Positions 1-13,155 of a DNA stretch of 64,000 nucleotides are shown in pieces. Within the stretch, counting starts at the first letter, position 1, and each line of letters opens with the position of its first letter. The position numbers and the translations under genes were made by a program. The DNA comes from Takakia lepidozioides (Eukaryota > Plantae > Bryophyta): positions 54,064,001-54,128,000 of the forward strand of contig CM060732.1 of NCBI GenBank assembly GCA_030704615.1. Direction: 5' to 3'. Below the pieces are notes generated by a model. It was given only the letters and a program-made list of their open reading frames with translations. It did no database searches and was not told the DNA's origin.

Positions 1-89
1 TGTTGAATATGCATAGTCCTCCAGAACAAGCTTTGATCCTGTTGCCTCGCTGCTGTCAAGTGTGAATGGATTGAGGTGTCTCATCACGT

Positions 90-2200
90 GTGGAAGTGTC
101 TGCATATTGGGCAGAAAAGGGGGTTCAACTCCCCCACACTTCTTGGCAGGATTTACCAAGCATGGGTGTGGTAGGAATACTTTGGGGTGAAGCCCAACCA
201 CATCACATTTGTTTGTGTTTGCAATGCATGTGCAAGCCTAGGAGCTCTGGAAAAGGGGAAAGAGGTCCCTGCTGACATCGTCAAATCTGGAATTGTACCA
301 GATGTCATTCTGAACACTGCCCTAGTGGAAATGTATGTCAAATGTGTGTGCATCGAGGATCCTAAGGGAGTGCTCAAAAGTATGGCTGAACGAGATGTGG
401 TGTCATGGAGTGCGATGATTGCAAGCTATGCACAGCAAGGGTGCGGGATGGAGGCTTTGGAGACCTATGAGCAAGTGATGTGCGAAGGGGTGAAGCCCAA
501 CCCCATAACGTTTGTTTTTGTTTGCAATGCGTGTGCAAGCCTGGGAGCTCTGGAAAAGGGGAAAGAGGTCCATGGTGACATCGTCAAAGCTGGAATTGTA
601 CCAGATGTCATCCTGAACACTGCCCTGGTCGACATGTATGCACGGGATGGAGGTTTTGGAGACCTATGAGCAAACAATGTGCGAAGGGAGGAGGGGATTC
701 CACGCCTATTGCCCTTGCATTCAGATGCTGCCCTCCTCAAGCCTGGCACCCTGGTAAAGGGCAAGAGGTGCATGGTTGCATCACCAAATCTGCGAAGGGA
801 GGGTTCGACATATGGCCGAACGTGATGTGGTGTCGTGGAACACGATGCTTGCAGGGTATGCACAGCAGGGGCCCGGGAGGAGGCTTTGGATACCTATGAG
901 CAAATGATGGGGGAAGGGGTGAAGCCCGACCACATCAGGTTTGTGCGTTTGCAGTGTGTGTGCAAGCCTGACAACCCTGGAAAAGGGCAGAGGGTTTATG
1001 GTTGCATCGCCAAAGCTGGAATTCTACCAGATGTGGTTCTGAACAATACCCTCGTGGACATGTATGCCAAATGTAGGTGCATCGAGGATGTGGAGGGAGT
1101 GTTCGACCAAACGGGTGGCCAAACGAGTGTGGTAGGCTTGGAGTGCCATGATCGCAGGATATGCACAACAGGGGCGCGGGATGGAGGCTATGGAGACCTA
1201 CAAGCAAATGATGTGGGAAGGGGTGAAGCCTGACCACATCACGTTTGTTGGTGTTTGCAACGTGTGTGGAAGCCTCGCAGCCCTGGAGAAGGGCAGAGAG
1301 GTTCATAGTGACATTGTCAAAGCTGGAATTGTACCAGATGTCATTCCGAACAGTGCCCTGGTGGATATGTATGCCAAATGTGGGTGCATTGAAGACGCGA
1401 AGGGAGAGTTCGACAATATGGCTAAACGAAATGTGGTGTCTTGGAGTGCCATGACAGCAGCATGGGTGTGGGTTGGAGGCTATGGAGACCTATGAGCAAA
1501 TGATGCGGGAAAGGGGTGAAGCCAAATCACATCATGTTCTTGTGCATTTGCAATGTGTGTGTGAGCCTGGCAGCCCTGGAAAAGGGCAAAGAGGTCCATG
1601 ATGGTAACATCATCAAAGCTGGTATTGTACCAAATGTCATTTTAAACACAACCCTGGAGGACATGTATGCGAAAATGTGGTGCATCGAGGATGCGAAGGG
1701 AGTGGTCTACAATATGACTGAACGAGATGTGGTGTCCTGGAACGCAATGATTGCTGGATATGCCCAGCATGGTTGTCATATGGAGACCCTGCAACTATTT
1801 GGCTATTTGGAATAATGCAGAGGGAAGGCTTCAAGTTGGACAGTATCACCTATATATGTGTTCTCTCTGCATGCAGCCACACTGGCCTACTGGATGAAGA
1901 AAGACGCTACTAGGATTCCCTGAGTCAAGATCATGGTGTCACTCTGACAGTAAGTGCACTTTGGCTGCATGGTGGACCTTCTTGGACGTGCCGGACAACT
2001 GGATGAGCAGTGGACCTGATTAATAAAATGCCATCAATCCAGATGATGTGGTGTGGAAGACCTTGCTTGGTGCCTGCAGAATCCATGGCAATGTGGAGAT
2101 GGCTGAACGTGCGGCAACATCTATCCTCACGTCGGATGAACAGGATGCCGCGACTTATGTGTTGCTATCAAATATCTATGCTGCAGCTTCCAGGTGGGAT
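90..2200 (+). pseudogene. PLS-class pentatricopeptide repeat (PPR) gene with E domain, disrupted
   Basis: Repeated P/L/S motifs (RDVVSWSAMIASYAQQG, GVKPNPITFVFVCNACASLGALEKGKEVHG, DVILNTALVDMYAKCG) spread over several frames. E-domain-like end (VWKTLLGACRIHGNVEMAERAA...YVLLSNIYAAASRW). Multiple frameshifts and in-frame stops (e.g. TAA ~1813); no DYW domain seen. Confidence 0.85.
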
Positions 2201-2511
2201 CCATCTGAGCAGCAGAATGTTCTCCCTGCATTTTCCCAGTGCCTAACAACAAGCTGTATGTTCCATCACATTTCACATGAGTTTGTTCTTCCTTGTACAA
2301 CAATTTGACACTTAGAATAGTTTATATAGCTATCGGGACATTAAATTAAGAATCCAAACTATTTGAAATTTACACCAATTGCCCATATAAACAAATGGTC
2401 AAAGGGGTTAGAAAGGAGCCAGGTCACAGTTGTATTGAGGTATTTTTATCAAGACAATCATTTTTTATCAAGATAAACTAAATGTTGAGAAACTAAAGGA
2501 TGGCCAACAGG

Positions 2512-2743
2512 CAGTACCTAAGTTGGTTAGTAAACTGAGTGCCACCCAGATGATTTTGGGGCAAACCATGCTACTTGAGGGGTGTGGTATACTCTTCTAC
2601 CCCTTCCATTGGGCGGTGCCCAATTTCTAGCCTTCATGGTGGGGTTACTGTGAAAGAGGTTATTTTCTCCTCTCACTATCAAGGGGCCTGATTTGTGAGC
2701 TGTCGCTCCCATGTGTTTCCCTTTAAAAAATAAAAATAAAAAT
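2512..2743 (+). mobile_element. tRNA-derived SINE, copy 1 (degenerate)
   Basis: Shares the body GAAAGAGGTTATTTTCTCCTCTCACTATCAAGGGGCCTGATTTGTGAGCTGT with the copies at 10219 and 32022; degenerate A/B boxes; A-rich tail. Confidence 0.65.
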
Positions 2744-3126
2744 GATGAGCGTTGGATAAACAACCGGATTTCGGTCCTAATGAAACAAATGCTTAATGAA
2801 GGGGAAAATAGAAAATACGCTAGTAGTGCAGAGCAACCCAAAGCCCTGGTGTAAAATGAGAATACAACCAACAAGTAGCCCAGTGCTAAGGGCACATACC
2901 ATCTAACGAGTGGTTGTGGGTTCAATCCACCTGTTGGAAGTCATTGCGGTGTCCACCTTCCCAGCAGAAGGCAGTAGCCCTATGGGTCAAGTGACTCCGT
3001 AAGTTACGCTTGCTTCGGTAACGTCCACCTTTTTGGTAAAATGAGAAGTGTGCGCTGCAGAGGCATCAAACAGGAACTGGAAGAGCGAAGGAAGGTGGTG
3101 ATCGGAAGGTCTGATCCACTGCAAGG

Positions 3127-5170
3127 ATGACGCTGGCGTACATGAGTGTGCCAGATGCTTACGGTGTGGTGGAAGCAGGCGTGTACAGATCAAAGGCGCT
3201 TGATCTGCATAATTTGCCTTTCCTGTCGCACCTTCGGTTGCGCACAGTACTGTATCTGTCTCCCGAACCTCTTGTTCGCTCAGTTATCGACTTCCTCGGC
3301 TCAAATGGCACCAAATTTGTACTATCACGTCCCACCTTGGACTCCAGGTTGATCTTGTGTAGGTGAGCTTGTTGGAGCTTAGACGCCACTAGAATTTTCG
3401 TCAGATGGGTTTTGTTGCTCCAACCCTAACTTGTATTCCTTCGGTATCTTGCACTGCCCCCTTTCTCTGGCTGGGTTCCCCCTTCAATGGCTTGAGCAGA
3501 TTCCCTGTAGTAATCGGTTATGTGTGTTCGGTCACTCTGGCGTCATTGCGAAGCACTGGAACTTTTGTGTGTGCTCTCGCTGAGGGGCTAGATCTTGTGT
3601 CGTTACATCTTTCCTCCGAGTGCTTTGTGATCATGTTGAAAAGTGCAGCGATCGTGAATGTGGTGGCAGGTTCATCTAGGTGTAGAAGTGTGGAAGCCAC
3701 CGGCATCATGGAAGCCCATCAGTGAGGAGCTGATCAAGGACGCGCTTGAAATTGTGCTGGATGTGACGACTCACCCTATCCTTGTTATGTGCTCGTCAGT
3801 TTCCTCCTCTCCTTATTCTCCCTCTTCCATGATTTATGTTTCTCTCCTAGGACCTGAAATGTTGACGTGGAGGCTCCTTGTGGCTACTTTATTTGCTGGA
3901 AGAAAGGATGTCATTGAACGTGTGGGTGAGAACCTGAAAGAGTAATCGTTGGCATAACCTTGGGCATCTCCTGGTCTGAGCAGGTCAGGCATTCATAAAA
4001 CTGGCACTGTGGTAGGCTGCCTTCGGAGACTGCAGCAGTGGAATCTCACGCCTATCCTTGAGGAGGTCAGTACTACAGCTCCCTGCTCACCTGCCTATAG
4101 CTCCCTATCGTCCAAAGTGCTGCTTGTGATACATGTAGGTGGCTGTTGATAGTTCTAGATGCAAGAAAATTTGTTAAAGTGCAGGTGAAATGGAAGCTTG
4201 CTTTTGTTTGTGTGCAACAGTATAGGCGCTATGCAAAAGGAAAGGCAGGATATGCATATGAGCAGTTCATGGAGCTGTTTGACGAGGACTTGGTCACACT
4301 TCCCAAGGATCTGCCCGCTTGGTTCATTGACCAGCGCCAGATGATGGTATACTTAGTATCCCCATCACACCATTTTTGCTGAGCTTGTTAGTTGGTCTCA
4401 TTGCCCTCTCTTTCTCAGTATTATCTCAGTACCCTTTGAGCAGGCTCCATTGGATCATTGGTGTGTGTACTCTACCGAGATGTCAGCAGTAGATGAGTTT
4501 ATTCCTCTACAGCACAGATAGATAGGGTGCTGCTGCAATCACATGCATCACAGCACTGGCCACTCTTTGACTGGCCACCCCATGTTTGTGATAATAAGCA
4601 GAAGCTGGGTTGATCCAATTGGGTCTCTGGTAGGAGGAGGAAGAAGCTGAGTTTGTGGAGCAGTTGCGTCAGGAGCATTTGACTGCATTGCCAGATGAAG
4701 GTTTGCATGGAGGCATAGTCATCAAAGCAGCTGAGGTTAAATCTCATAACCATACCTTGAGTTATGACTATGATTGAGTTACTGAGACTCCTTTAAGTTA
4801 CTTATGGAGGCTTGCGCCCAAGGGCTTCTATTTTTAGCATGTGGAGGATCTTCTTGTTGCCTTGATGACTTTTTTGTACCCTCTCGACATTTCTCACTAG
4901 ATGCCTTTATACTAGCTGAATTCCTAGTGTTATGGGGATTCTGGCCTTTGTCCCTTTTCTTCTGTAAATGTTTGCCCACTGTATCAAGCGGTTTTATTCT
5001 TTGGCTGGTAGGTGCTTGGAACAATGGATGCTGAGCAGTCACGAAGTGTAACAATGGTAACAGCCAATAATGACAACCTGCCTGGTTACAGAAAGTACTA
5101 CTACTCCTCCAGTAGTCCCCTTACAACTGAGGACCGCGCATACAAGCGCAAGATAATTGGGAAGGTGTAA
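3127..5170 (+). CDS. PFA-DSP/OCA-family (Siw14-like) phosphatase-like protein, multi-exon; 3' end approximate
   Basis: Exons ~3127-3318, 3670-3794, 3984-4065, 4221-4345, 4633-4735 and 5038-5164 give [97 protein letters not shown], with GT-AG boundaries. Confidence 0.8.
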
Positions 5171-5928
5171 ATGCAAGGCATGGTGGTGGAGGGTGTCGCG
5201 AAACAAGGTTATGTACATACTGAAATGGTTCTCGGTGTCTGGGGCTATGGAATGAGCACAGGCCCTACTATCTGAAGACATGGATTTTGTATCCCTAAGA
5301 CTAGATGTAAATAGTCAGGATTTGTGTGTGCCGACCTATGTGGCAAACTGGCAGTGGGAAAACCAAAATGTCATTCACATTGTGCTCTTGCTTTTATGAT
5401 CTGATTGTGGGGCTCAGGAAAGGTTTCTTGCCAACGAAAAGCAGCTTGTTGAGAGGACCTTGAGGCTCTGCTTGGTCAGCATTGAGTGTCTTATCATGCA
5501 TTTGTGCTTTGGAGGTCTTTGTGATATACAAACACTGCCTGACTGGATATTTCTCGAAAGCATGTAACATGTTTTCGACACTCGGTTGATGTGAACAGAC
5601 AATTTTCTGGATCTCAAAAACCAGGTGTAACAGATGAGGCACTTTATTAGAGTAGTTGCTATAACAATCTACACCCAGGGAGTGAGAGTTACAGAGATGT
5701 TGAGGCAGTTATAATAGACTAGATCTCAATTTGCACATCAACAACAAATTCTACTGTAGAGTATCATGTATACCTCATGTTTCTGTTCGACCTTGGATCC
5801 CTCCCTCAATACTTCCATGCACTACGCATTGTTCAACAAGAAGTGGAGATTGTCTACAGGTAGACGAGTACAATCTTCATCTGTAATATCAAGGACGTGG
5901 TACTGTGGAGGATGTGGGTGATCTTCTA

Positions 5929-7475
5929 TCAGCCTCCACCTCCACTGTAGGCTTTGCCAAAGAAGATGAGCTGAAGCTGATCATATCCTGAGAGGACGCC
6001 AGCTCCAGCAACAGCACGCAGAATGTTGGCCCCCGCACCCTTAAAGAGAGACTTCATACCTTCCTTGGCCACAATCTGATTGAAGGCATCCATGCTGCTC
6101 TTGTATTTGACTGCCTGTCCTGATGTCATCATCATGCGCCTCCGGACTGTATCTAGAGGGTATGATGCCAGCCCTGCCAATATTGTGATCCCCCAACCCA
6201 GCATGAAACTGGCAAGGAAATTTCCCTGCAGTCGATCCAAGCTGCAAAGTTAGAGAAGAGCGCATTGCACACGATCCTAGCTGGTGTTTGGATGCTCACT
6301 TGCAAGATGTTCTTGACATCACGAGCTAGGTGCAAGATGGATCTATGGAGGTTATGATGCAGAAAGTGTGGCAGGAAAAATCACCTCGAGGGTGCCAACC
6401 AAGACAACAGGCTTCAAGGAGTCGTACATCCCGAAATAGAGGCCACGGTAGACCACTATTCCCACACAGGAGATGGCGAAGCCACGGTAAAGCCCTGCGA
6501 TGCCATCTGAGGCCAAAGTCTTCTTGTACACGTCGAAGAGCCCATCAAACTGTCGCTCTCCCCCACCTTTCTTGGTCGATTTGGCGTCATTCGCCAACCG
6601 TGTCCGTGCGTAATCTAGGGAGTACACAAATAGCAGCGATGAAGCTCCCGCCGCTCCACCAGAAGCCAGGTTACCAGCAAACCACCACCAATACCCATCT
6701 CTATCCTTCTTCATCCCGAACAACTTGTTGAAATAATCCTTAAATGCAAAGTTCAAGGCCTGCAGGTCACACACAAAGACATGCACACGTCCAGATCCAG
6801 TCTCGTTTCTGATGTCTGGCAAGCGTAATCACTCTCTACAGTCCTAGCAGTTCAATGTGTTACTTTACATGGTACCTAGGCGCCTTGATTGCATTTCAAA
6901 GCATATGAATGATCAAGTGCTCTGGCCAGCAGGTATATTATGATGATGACCTGCGTAGGGAAGTAGCGGATGACATTGGCCAGGTTACCACGCCAGAGAG
7001 CCGAGAATCCCTCGTCAGCAATAGTGCGCTGAAAGCATTCGACAACGCCTTTGTATGGCTCAGTCATCCTGCCTTGTTTAATCATCTCATCCTGATTCTG
7101 AATCAACAGCTTCACGCGCTCAATGGGTGCTGCAGCAGTCTTGGAAACCGCTGCTGACACTCCTCCCATTAGGAAGTCGATCAAAAACCCATACGGCCCT
7201 TTCTCTACTGCTGCGGGCACAAACACACTGCGGCCCGTGGCCAGGCCCCTTTGGCCATATAATATGCTGGTCGGACCTTGAAGGGCTCCAGACCTGCCTA
7301 TCAAGAACGCTTGCCTGCAAGTTACAGGCTCTGCATTGGCCCTTCCCTCAAACGCCGGAGACTTTCTTGGCAAGAATGCATGCCTGCATATGGGGCCTAC
7401 TAGCTTTGCCCCCAGGTAGGAAGACCCCGCCAGGCAATGTAGGCTCCCCGGCAGTGCCGACGTCTCAGGCGCCAT
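5929..7475 (-). CDS. AAC: Mitochondrial ADP/ATP carrier, 3 coding exons
   Basis: [50 protein letters not shown]|[10 protein letters not shown] and the signature RRRMMM. Exons ~7475-6951, 6760-6385, 6225-5929; plant-type N-terminal extension. Confidence 0.95.
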
Positions 7476-9009
7476 CCCCTTCCGTAACAAATTCCTCAAT
7501 CCTGACACCAATCATGCCTTGTCAGCGGGGATGCAATGAGATGGTCAGCCTCAAAATCATACTGACTTGTAACAGCATTCTTCAAACGATTCTAGCCTGC
7601 GAAGAGTGGGAGGGAGAGCCTCAAGTGGGCTCGCTGAATCTACTACCTGGGCACAGCAATACAAACCTCACTGCATGGGGGTTCGTACATCAACTACCTT
7701 CCTGAGCCTCAGTTACAGCAGCTGCACATGACCCTGATCTACTCTCAGGAACATCCCAACTAATCAAAGAAGGAATTTTTACCTGTGAAAGACCTGAAAA
7801 AGACCTGATCGCAATACAAGAATGGTCCTGCGGCTCACTGAGCCACAAAAAAGCAAGAACCAAGAAAGTTGCCGGTGCCCAAAAGAAGTGATCAGTAGAT
7901 CACAGAACTGTCTACTAGACAGGTCTTCCAAGATGATTCGATTACACAACCCCAACTTCAAACCGAGACCTGGAGACCTTCCCAAACACTTCAATCTTGA
8001 GGGTGGAGATGTCAGTGTGGTGAGGAGGAGCGTGGAGAAGATGGAGAAGATGAAAGAAGCCGGCCGCTATGGCGGCTGCGAGGGTGGCGCCCAACTCATC
8101 AACCAACGACCCTGCACATATTCATAATTTGTTTGTTTCTTTTTTGAAGGGCCCTTGAGGGGGAAAATTTTCTGAGCCAGGAGAATACAGGGGACAGTGC
8201 CCCAGCCTGAAGGCAGACGAAATCCACAGGGGATTGAACCCCAGACCCACAGGCCAATGCACAGGATCAACAAAGATGGGCCACAGCCCCGATGTAACTA
8301 AGAGAGCCTCGCAAGGAACGCTGCTCGTGCTTTTGGTGAATTCTCGCCATGGAAGAGGGAGACCAAGCTGCGGTTACCTGCCCTGCACAAAGATGCTCCA
8401 ACACTATCCTCAAGCAGGCAAGAAGGGCACACACTACATCTACTACTGCAACCCTGTTAGTGCTTGCAACCCCGTCAACTGCTCCATTGACTCTGGCAAC
8501 TTCTTCTCAAAACCCCTTTTCAACACGAGAGTTTCAATCTTGTAAGCTTGCTCATACACTCGAGTAACCTCACACTTGCTGAAAAAAGTCACTGACAGCG
8601 TCTAAGTGCGATGTCTCCAACTACGTGAGTTTCAGCTGCAATACACTCGGGGAAACTTACAACACCCTCACACCCCGTCAAACGGAAGTTCAAATGGAGC
8701 GTTTTAAGGCCTAAATATTGAGTTGGCCAACTACTGCTGACAGCTTCTCTGGAATGCCTCCCGAGGCAGTACTTTAAAGTTGATTGAGTAGTTCTCCTCA
8801 AGCTTTGAGCTGCTCCTCACTGTTCCACAATGACAACTTGGATCTTTTTCCCTGCAAGCTCTTTCTTGAGAATGTGTTGACCATGTTCTAACTTTCAATT
8901 ACGTAAGATTCATCGACTCGTGGACAAACACATCAAGCCACCATTGGAAATTCATAGGCCTGCTTCACAGATTCTACTAACTCCAACAAATCGAACTTTT
9001 GGGGAAATC

Positions 9010-9750
9010 CCAAGATGTCACCTGCGAAAATATATAGAATATATCACTACTTTCCCGAACTGCAGAGTCGGTGTACGTAATGCATCGTAGACAATACAGT
9101 GTCCTCGAAATTCACTCATCGTTCACGTGTCCAGTATAAACGTATAAACATGTGTTTCCGAAACCAAGTTACTTCAAGAATTCCAGAACTTGGCGACCAC
9201 GACAGATGAAGAGCTCACAGTTCGATCATGACTTAGTTTCAATGGATCATTTGGTAACAATTCAGGAGCATGTTGGACAGCTCAGTGAAATGTTCGGCTT
9301 TACCAGCCATTAAAGGTGTGTGAAATTGGCTGGAAATTTGCTAACAATAAACGAACCGAAACTCGTCGGGCGCACAATGTTTAACGCAGAAGGACATACG
9401 ATCAGACAGAAAGTTGGCTACGATGAGCTCGATCTTCGCACATCCATCCCAAATTTAGGCTTTAGCAAGGAAGAAACTGCCTCTAGGAACCCCAAAAATT
9501 GAAACATGGATCAACAATTGTTCAACAAGATTCAAGAAGGTCGCTAGCTATCCCACACCAGAAGGTCACATGCTGCTTTTCCATTTGTTTTGGATGCCAA
9601 TAATGCTTTAAGCCATTGTATCTAGTCCATAATCCCTGGAGCTCCGAGGCCCCACTTGAAGGTCATCACGTGCAGCAATTGGTGCTTGTTCTTGATCTAG
9701 CTACGTCCGATCGTTCTTTAGAATGTACAGTTTCCAAAGCCCTACAATCA
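9010..9750 (-). repeat. Dispersed inverted duplicate of ~46850-47580 (unidentified degenerate segment)
   Basis: The reverse complement contains CAATTGCTGCACGTGATGACCTTCAAGTGGGGCCTCGGAGCTCCAGGGATTATGGACTAGATACAATGGCT and CGACTCTGCAGTTCGGGAAAGTAGT, both also found at ~46909 and 47521. Confidence 0.85.
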
Positions 9751-10218
9751 TGAGTCTCGAGTATAAATTTGTTCCGAAGTCACGAAAAACTCATGTGATT
9801 TCCTGTTGCAATGCACTCAAGCTTGCTTCTCTAACTACGTTTGTTTGATGCAGTGCAGTATATATGACTAGATGCTGGTTTGCAGGTTTTGAGGTATGGG
9901 GCCTTGATTGACCTCAATATAGAATGACAAGTAGTACAACCAAAACCTAATAATTCTGTGTCAGGGCTGCAAGCAATGAACTTGGTACTGCATTCTGGTG
10001 ACTCACAACCTTTAATTTAGCAGTCCATGCTGTCCATTTTTGCTAGATCCAAGTCCCGGACGGGATCTCGGTTTTTGAAATTGGTATGTACAAATCCATT
10101 TACCTGGATATATCCGGTGGATATATCAAGGTAAATCATATACACGCATAGCATTGGTTTTTTTTCTAGACCCAAACCTGGGGCCGGGTTTTTGAAATTG
10201 GGAAATCAGACCACCATT

Positions 10219-11896
10219 CAGTAGCTCAGTTGGTTAGTGCACTGAGTGATGATTTTGGGGTCAAATCCTGCTACTTGACGGGTGTGGTATACTCTTCTCC
10301 CCGGTTCCCCCGTTTCGCAGCCTAGGGTTACTGTGAAAGAGGTTATTTTCTACTCTCACTATCGAGAAAAAATCCTGCATAGCTTTATAAAAAGACCCAA
10401 GTGGGGTGACTGTACAAATGGGTGTAACTGTCCCCAAGAGGAAACAACCAAAGCTCGTAGAACTAGATATATTAACACAATGAAAGAAATCAAACTATTC
10501 TAGTATATCTACAGCCTGAAGAAGGTCAGACAACAGGAAAGAGGGTGGATCAGAGAGTGCGGGGAGGCGAGATGAAGCCGCCCCAGCAACCTCTGCCCGA
10601 CGTAAAATAGATTGAGCTTGAGTCTTTTGCAAAGCAACAGAAACTCGTTGTCTAAAGAAAGCTACAAGAACAGAGACGTATGGGCTTCCAAGGCTTTTGT
10701 TTTCTGCTGCATGATGGGCACATGTGCGAAGGAACTCGTTGAACTGATGATGCAAACAACCAAAGATCTCGACTGCCAAAGGAAGGAATGTGTCTGTGGA
10801 ATGACGTGCCCGATAGTCATGCTCCTTACCCTGCGCAGCTACTGAAGCGGCAACTCCCTCTGATGAGGCTGTGCGGGGTAGGAGATCCGACAAGGCTGGA
10901 GCGACTAAAGCCCAACTATCTAAGAAGGCAACATGGGCAGTGACGACTGTGGATAGTAAACCTACTCCTCCAGAAGAGATCGGGAGGGTAGCCTGACGAC
11001 ATGCCAAAGGCCCCTGCTCACTATCAAATGCACCTGGGCCTAATAGACGACAAAAAATCCCCCTAACAGTCGTATCAAAAGAAGACAGAAGCTCCACAAA
11101 CTGGGGAGTGGTAGGGAAACAACGTAAAAGATAAGAAGGTCGTTGTAAAAAACATTTGGTGAGAATGCCATGGGCTACCTGCATATCGCCTAGTTTGGGA
11201 AGAAGCTCTATATGGCTTGTATCCTATAGCAAAGCGTCTTGGAGGAAAGATGTTGTGTAAAGGGTACTACCAAATGGAACACCTAACACTCGAATACCCT
11301 CAGATGGTGCTAGAAAGTCGACAGGGGGCACGAAATCTGAAGGTAGATCAGAGGGTGACCAAACTGTGGATTTGCGAGGTTGAACAGTGAGCCCAAGAGA
11401 GTGAAGTTGGGTAGCAAAGTGATGGAAAGCCAAAAGGATATCAGTGGGAGGGCCAATGATGTGGGTATCATCAGCAATAGAAGGAAATATACAGGATTGG
11501 AAGGCTTGCGCAGATGAGCAAAGGGCTCGGAAGTGGGCAAAAGCAAAAAGAGGTCCCCCTAATGGATCGCCCTGACGGGTTCCTACTTCGGACTGGATTA
11601 TAGAAAGATCTCCGGTACGAGTGTGATGACTATAAAACAAAGGGGTGGAGGAAGCATAAAACAATCTCACAAAGGGAATGAGTTGATGGCATGCGCCGCC
11701 GGCTGATTGCAGTTCTTGAAATATTGCTGATCTAGACACCGTGTTGAAGGCGTTGGTCACATCCACCTGAAGGACGACCCAGTCTGGATGAAGGTCAAGG
11801 GAAGCCCGAATCCCATGCACCATCGTCGAGGGGCCTGATTTGTGAGCTGTCCCTCCCAAGTATTTTTTTTTTAAAAAAAATTAAAAAAAAAGAAAA
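10219..11896 (+). mobile_element. tRNA-derived SINE, copy 2, interrupted by a non-LTR retrotransposon
   Basis: A box TAGCTCAGTTGG (~10222) and B-box-like GGTCAAATCC (~10259). The body stops at CTCACTATCGAG (10366) and resumes TCGAGGGGCCTGATTTGTGAGCTGT at 11826, followed by an A-rich tail. Confidence 0.75.
10367..11825 (-). mobile_element. 5'-truncated non-LTR retrotransposon with RT and C-terminal restriction-like endonuclease remnant (CRE-like)
   Basis: RT motifs LQVDVTNAFNTVSR, GTRQGDPLGGPLF, SIADDTHIIG, GIRVLGVPFG; LPISSGGVGL; RLE-type tail K.HDY..TFLPLAVEIFGCLH. Internal deletion and stops; TCGAG duplicated at both ends. Confidence 0.8.
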
Positions 11897-12543
11897 ATCT
11901 GGGTCGGGTTTTGAACACTGGTCGGGTCAGGGTCCAGGTAGTTGCTGGAAAATAGTAGCGGTTTTCGCGGTTTCAGGTCCAGGTCCTAATTAATTGATAA
12001 AATAAATTATAAAATTGAGAATAATTAGAAATAAAAATATTTGGCTGGAAAAACAGCTAAATCCTAATGTCGAATTTTATTTTAGGACATATTCTTTCAA
12101 TATGTACCATACATATATATGGCTCCTTTACAAATTATTACATAAATGACACAGGAATTAAAATATAATTTAAGATCCACCCATAAATTTCAATTCTTAC
12201 CATTTTCATGACTGAACAAAATTTTAATATATTGCCATCATATGTCAGTGGTGTAGATGTACAAACATATTGGTTTGCAAATCATGTTTGAAATATATGT
12301 ATAAAAGACAAAGAACCACCATTTGCCGTTCTATTACACATATTTTGGAATACAAGTATATCATTTGTTGTAATATTAGATGAATTAGAAGAAAGCTTAG
12401 TAGCACCGCGACAAGTGTTTGGTCAAATTCATCAACTACAAGGTTATGGATCATTTGGATTACGAGGTGGTATTAATAATTATTAATGTGCCTGCAAACA
12501 TAGATCGCATACAAAGTGTCTTTCCTCGTACTGTTATATACAA

Positions 12544-12722
12544 TGTCGTGCGCATACATATCGCTACACAACTACATCGCTATCCAAAACCACACAACAC
12601 ATGTGCACACCACACTCTAGTCCACCACTAGTCCAGCCACTAGTCCAACCACTAGGCTACAACTAGTCAGTCACTAGGCTGCCACTATGCTGCCCACTAT
12701 GGCAGTCACTAGTCCACACAAT
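12544..12722 (-). repeat. Terminal repeat A (element 3' end)
   Basis: Direct repeat of 13036-13144; 5 substitutions by eye plus ~70 bp that A' lacks. Confidence 0.9.
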
Positions 12723-12723
12723 A

Positions 12724-13033
12724 GATAAAGAAAAAGAATACAAGCACAATCTCATGCGAGCTCACAAAGCTGAAGCATAAACTCATCACTCAAATACAAG
12801 TCAAGCCAAGTGCACCCCACGCCATGGGGAATCCACACTACGGCACCATAGCTAGGCGCGGTGAGGCTCAACTCGAGAAAGATGAGCCTCCCGCGCTTGC
12901 CGTGAAGATAACCACTCCAGGGCCTAAATCTGCCTTGATCCCTGGATTGACACTTGGGCCAATCCCAAATGTCAATATGTAAAAGCTAGCTATTTCCTAG
13001 CTAGTTTCACACTAGTGGTAAAATAATTTGACA
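12724..13033 (-). repeat. Terminal repeat B, internal 3' copy
   Basis: Direct repeat of 22309-22634; ~11 substitutions and one ~16-bp indel by eye. Confidence 0.92.
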
Positions 13034-13035
13034 GC

Positions 13036-13144
13036 TGTCGTGCGCATACATATCGCTACACAACTACATCGCTGTCCAAAATCACACAACAGTCATTAGG
13101 CTGCCACTATGTTGCCCACTATGGCAGTTACTAGTCCACACAAT
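13036..13144 (-). repeat. Terminal repeat A', immediately after the polypurine tract
   Basis: Copy of 12544-12722; preceded in element sense by AGGAGGGTG (13153-13145). Confidence 0.88.
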
Positions 13145-13155
13145 CACCCTCCTAG
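13145..13155 (-). other. Putative polypurine tract
   Basis: CTAGGAGGGTG lies directly before the A' repeat (ATTGTGTGG...) and downstream of the integrase stop. Confidence 0.6.

Noticed and set aside
10219-10280. tRNA gene (also ~32022-32090)
   Set aside because: A/B boxes are present, but the cloverleaf is degenerate and continues into a shared body and A-tail; these are SINE heads.
9960-12000. Possible MITE or hAT remnant around the SINE (GGGTC/CCGG-rich motifs)
   Set aside because: No matching TIR pair or TSD could be identified.
12724-13033. Repeat B as a solo LTR inserted into repeat A
   Set aside because: It is flanked by two full copies of A rather than two halves with a short TSD, and the only TSD found encloses the whole 12544-22634 unit.
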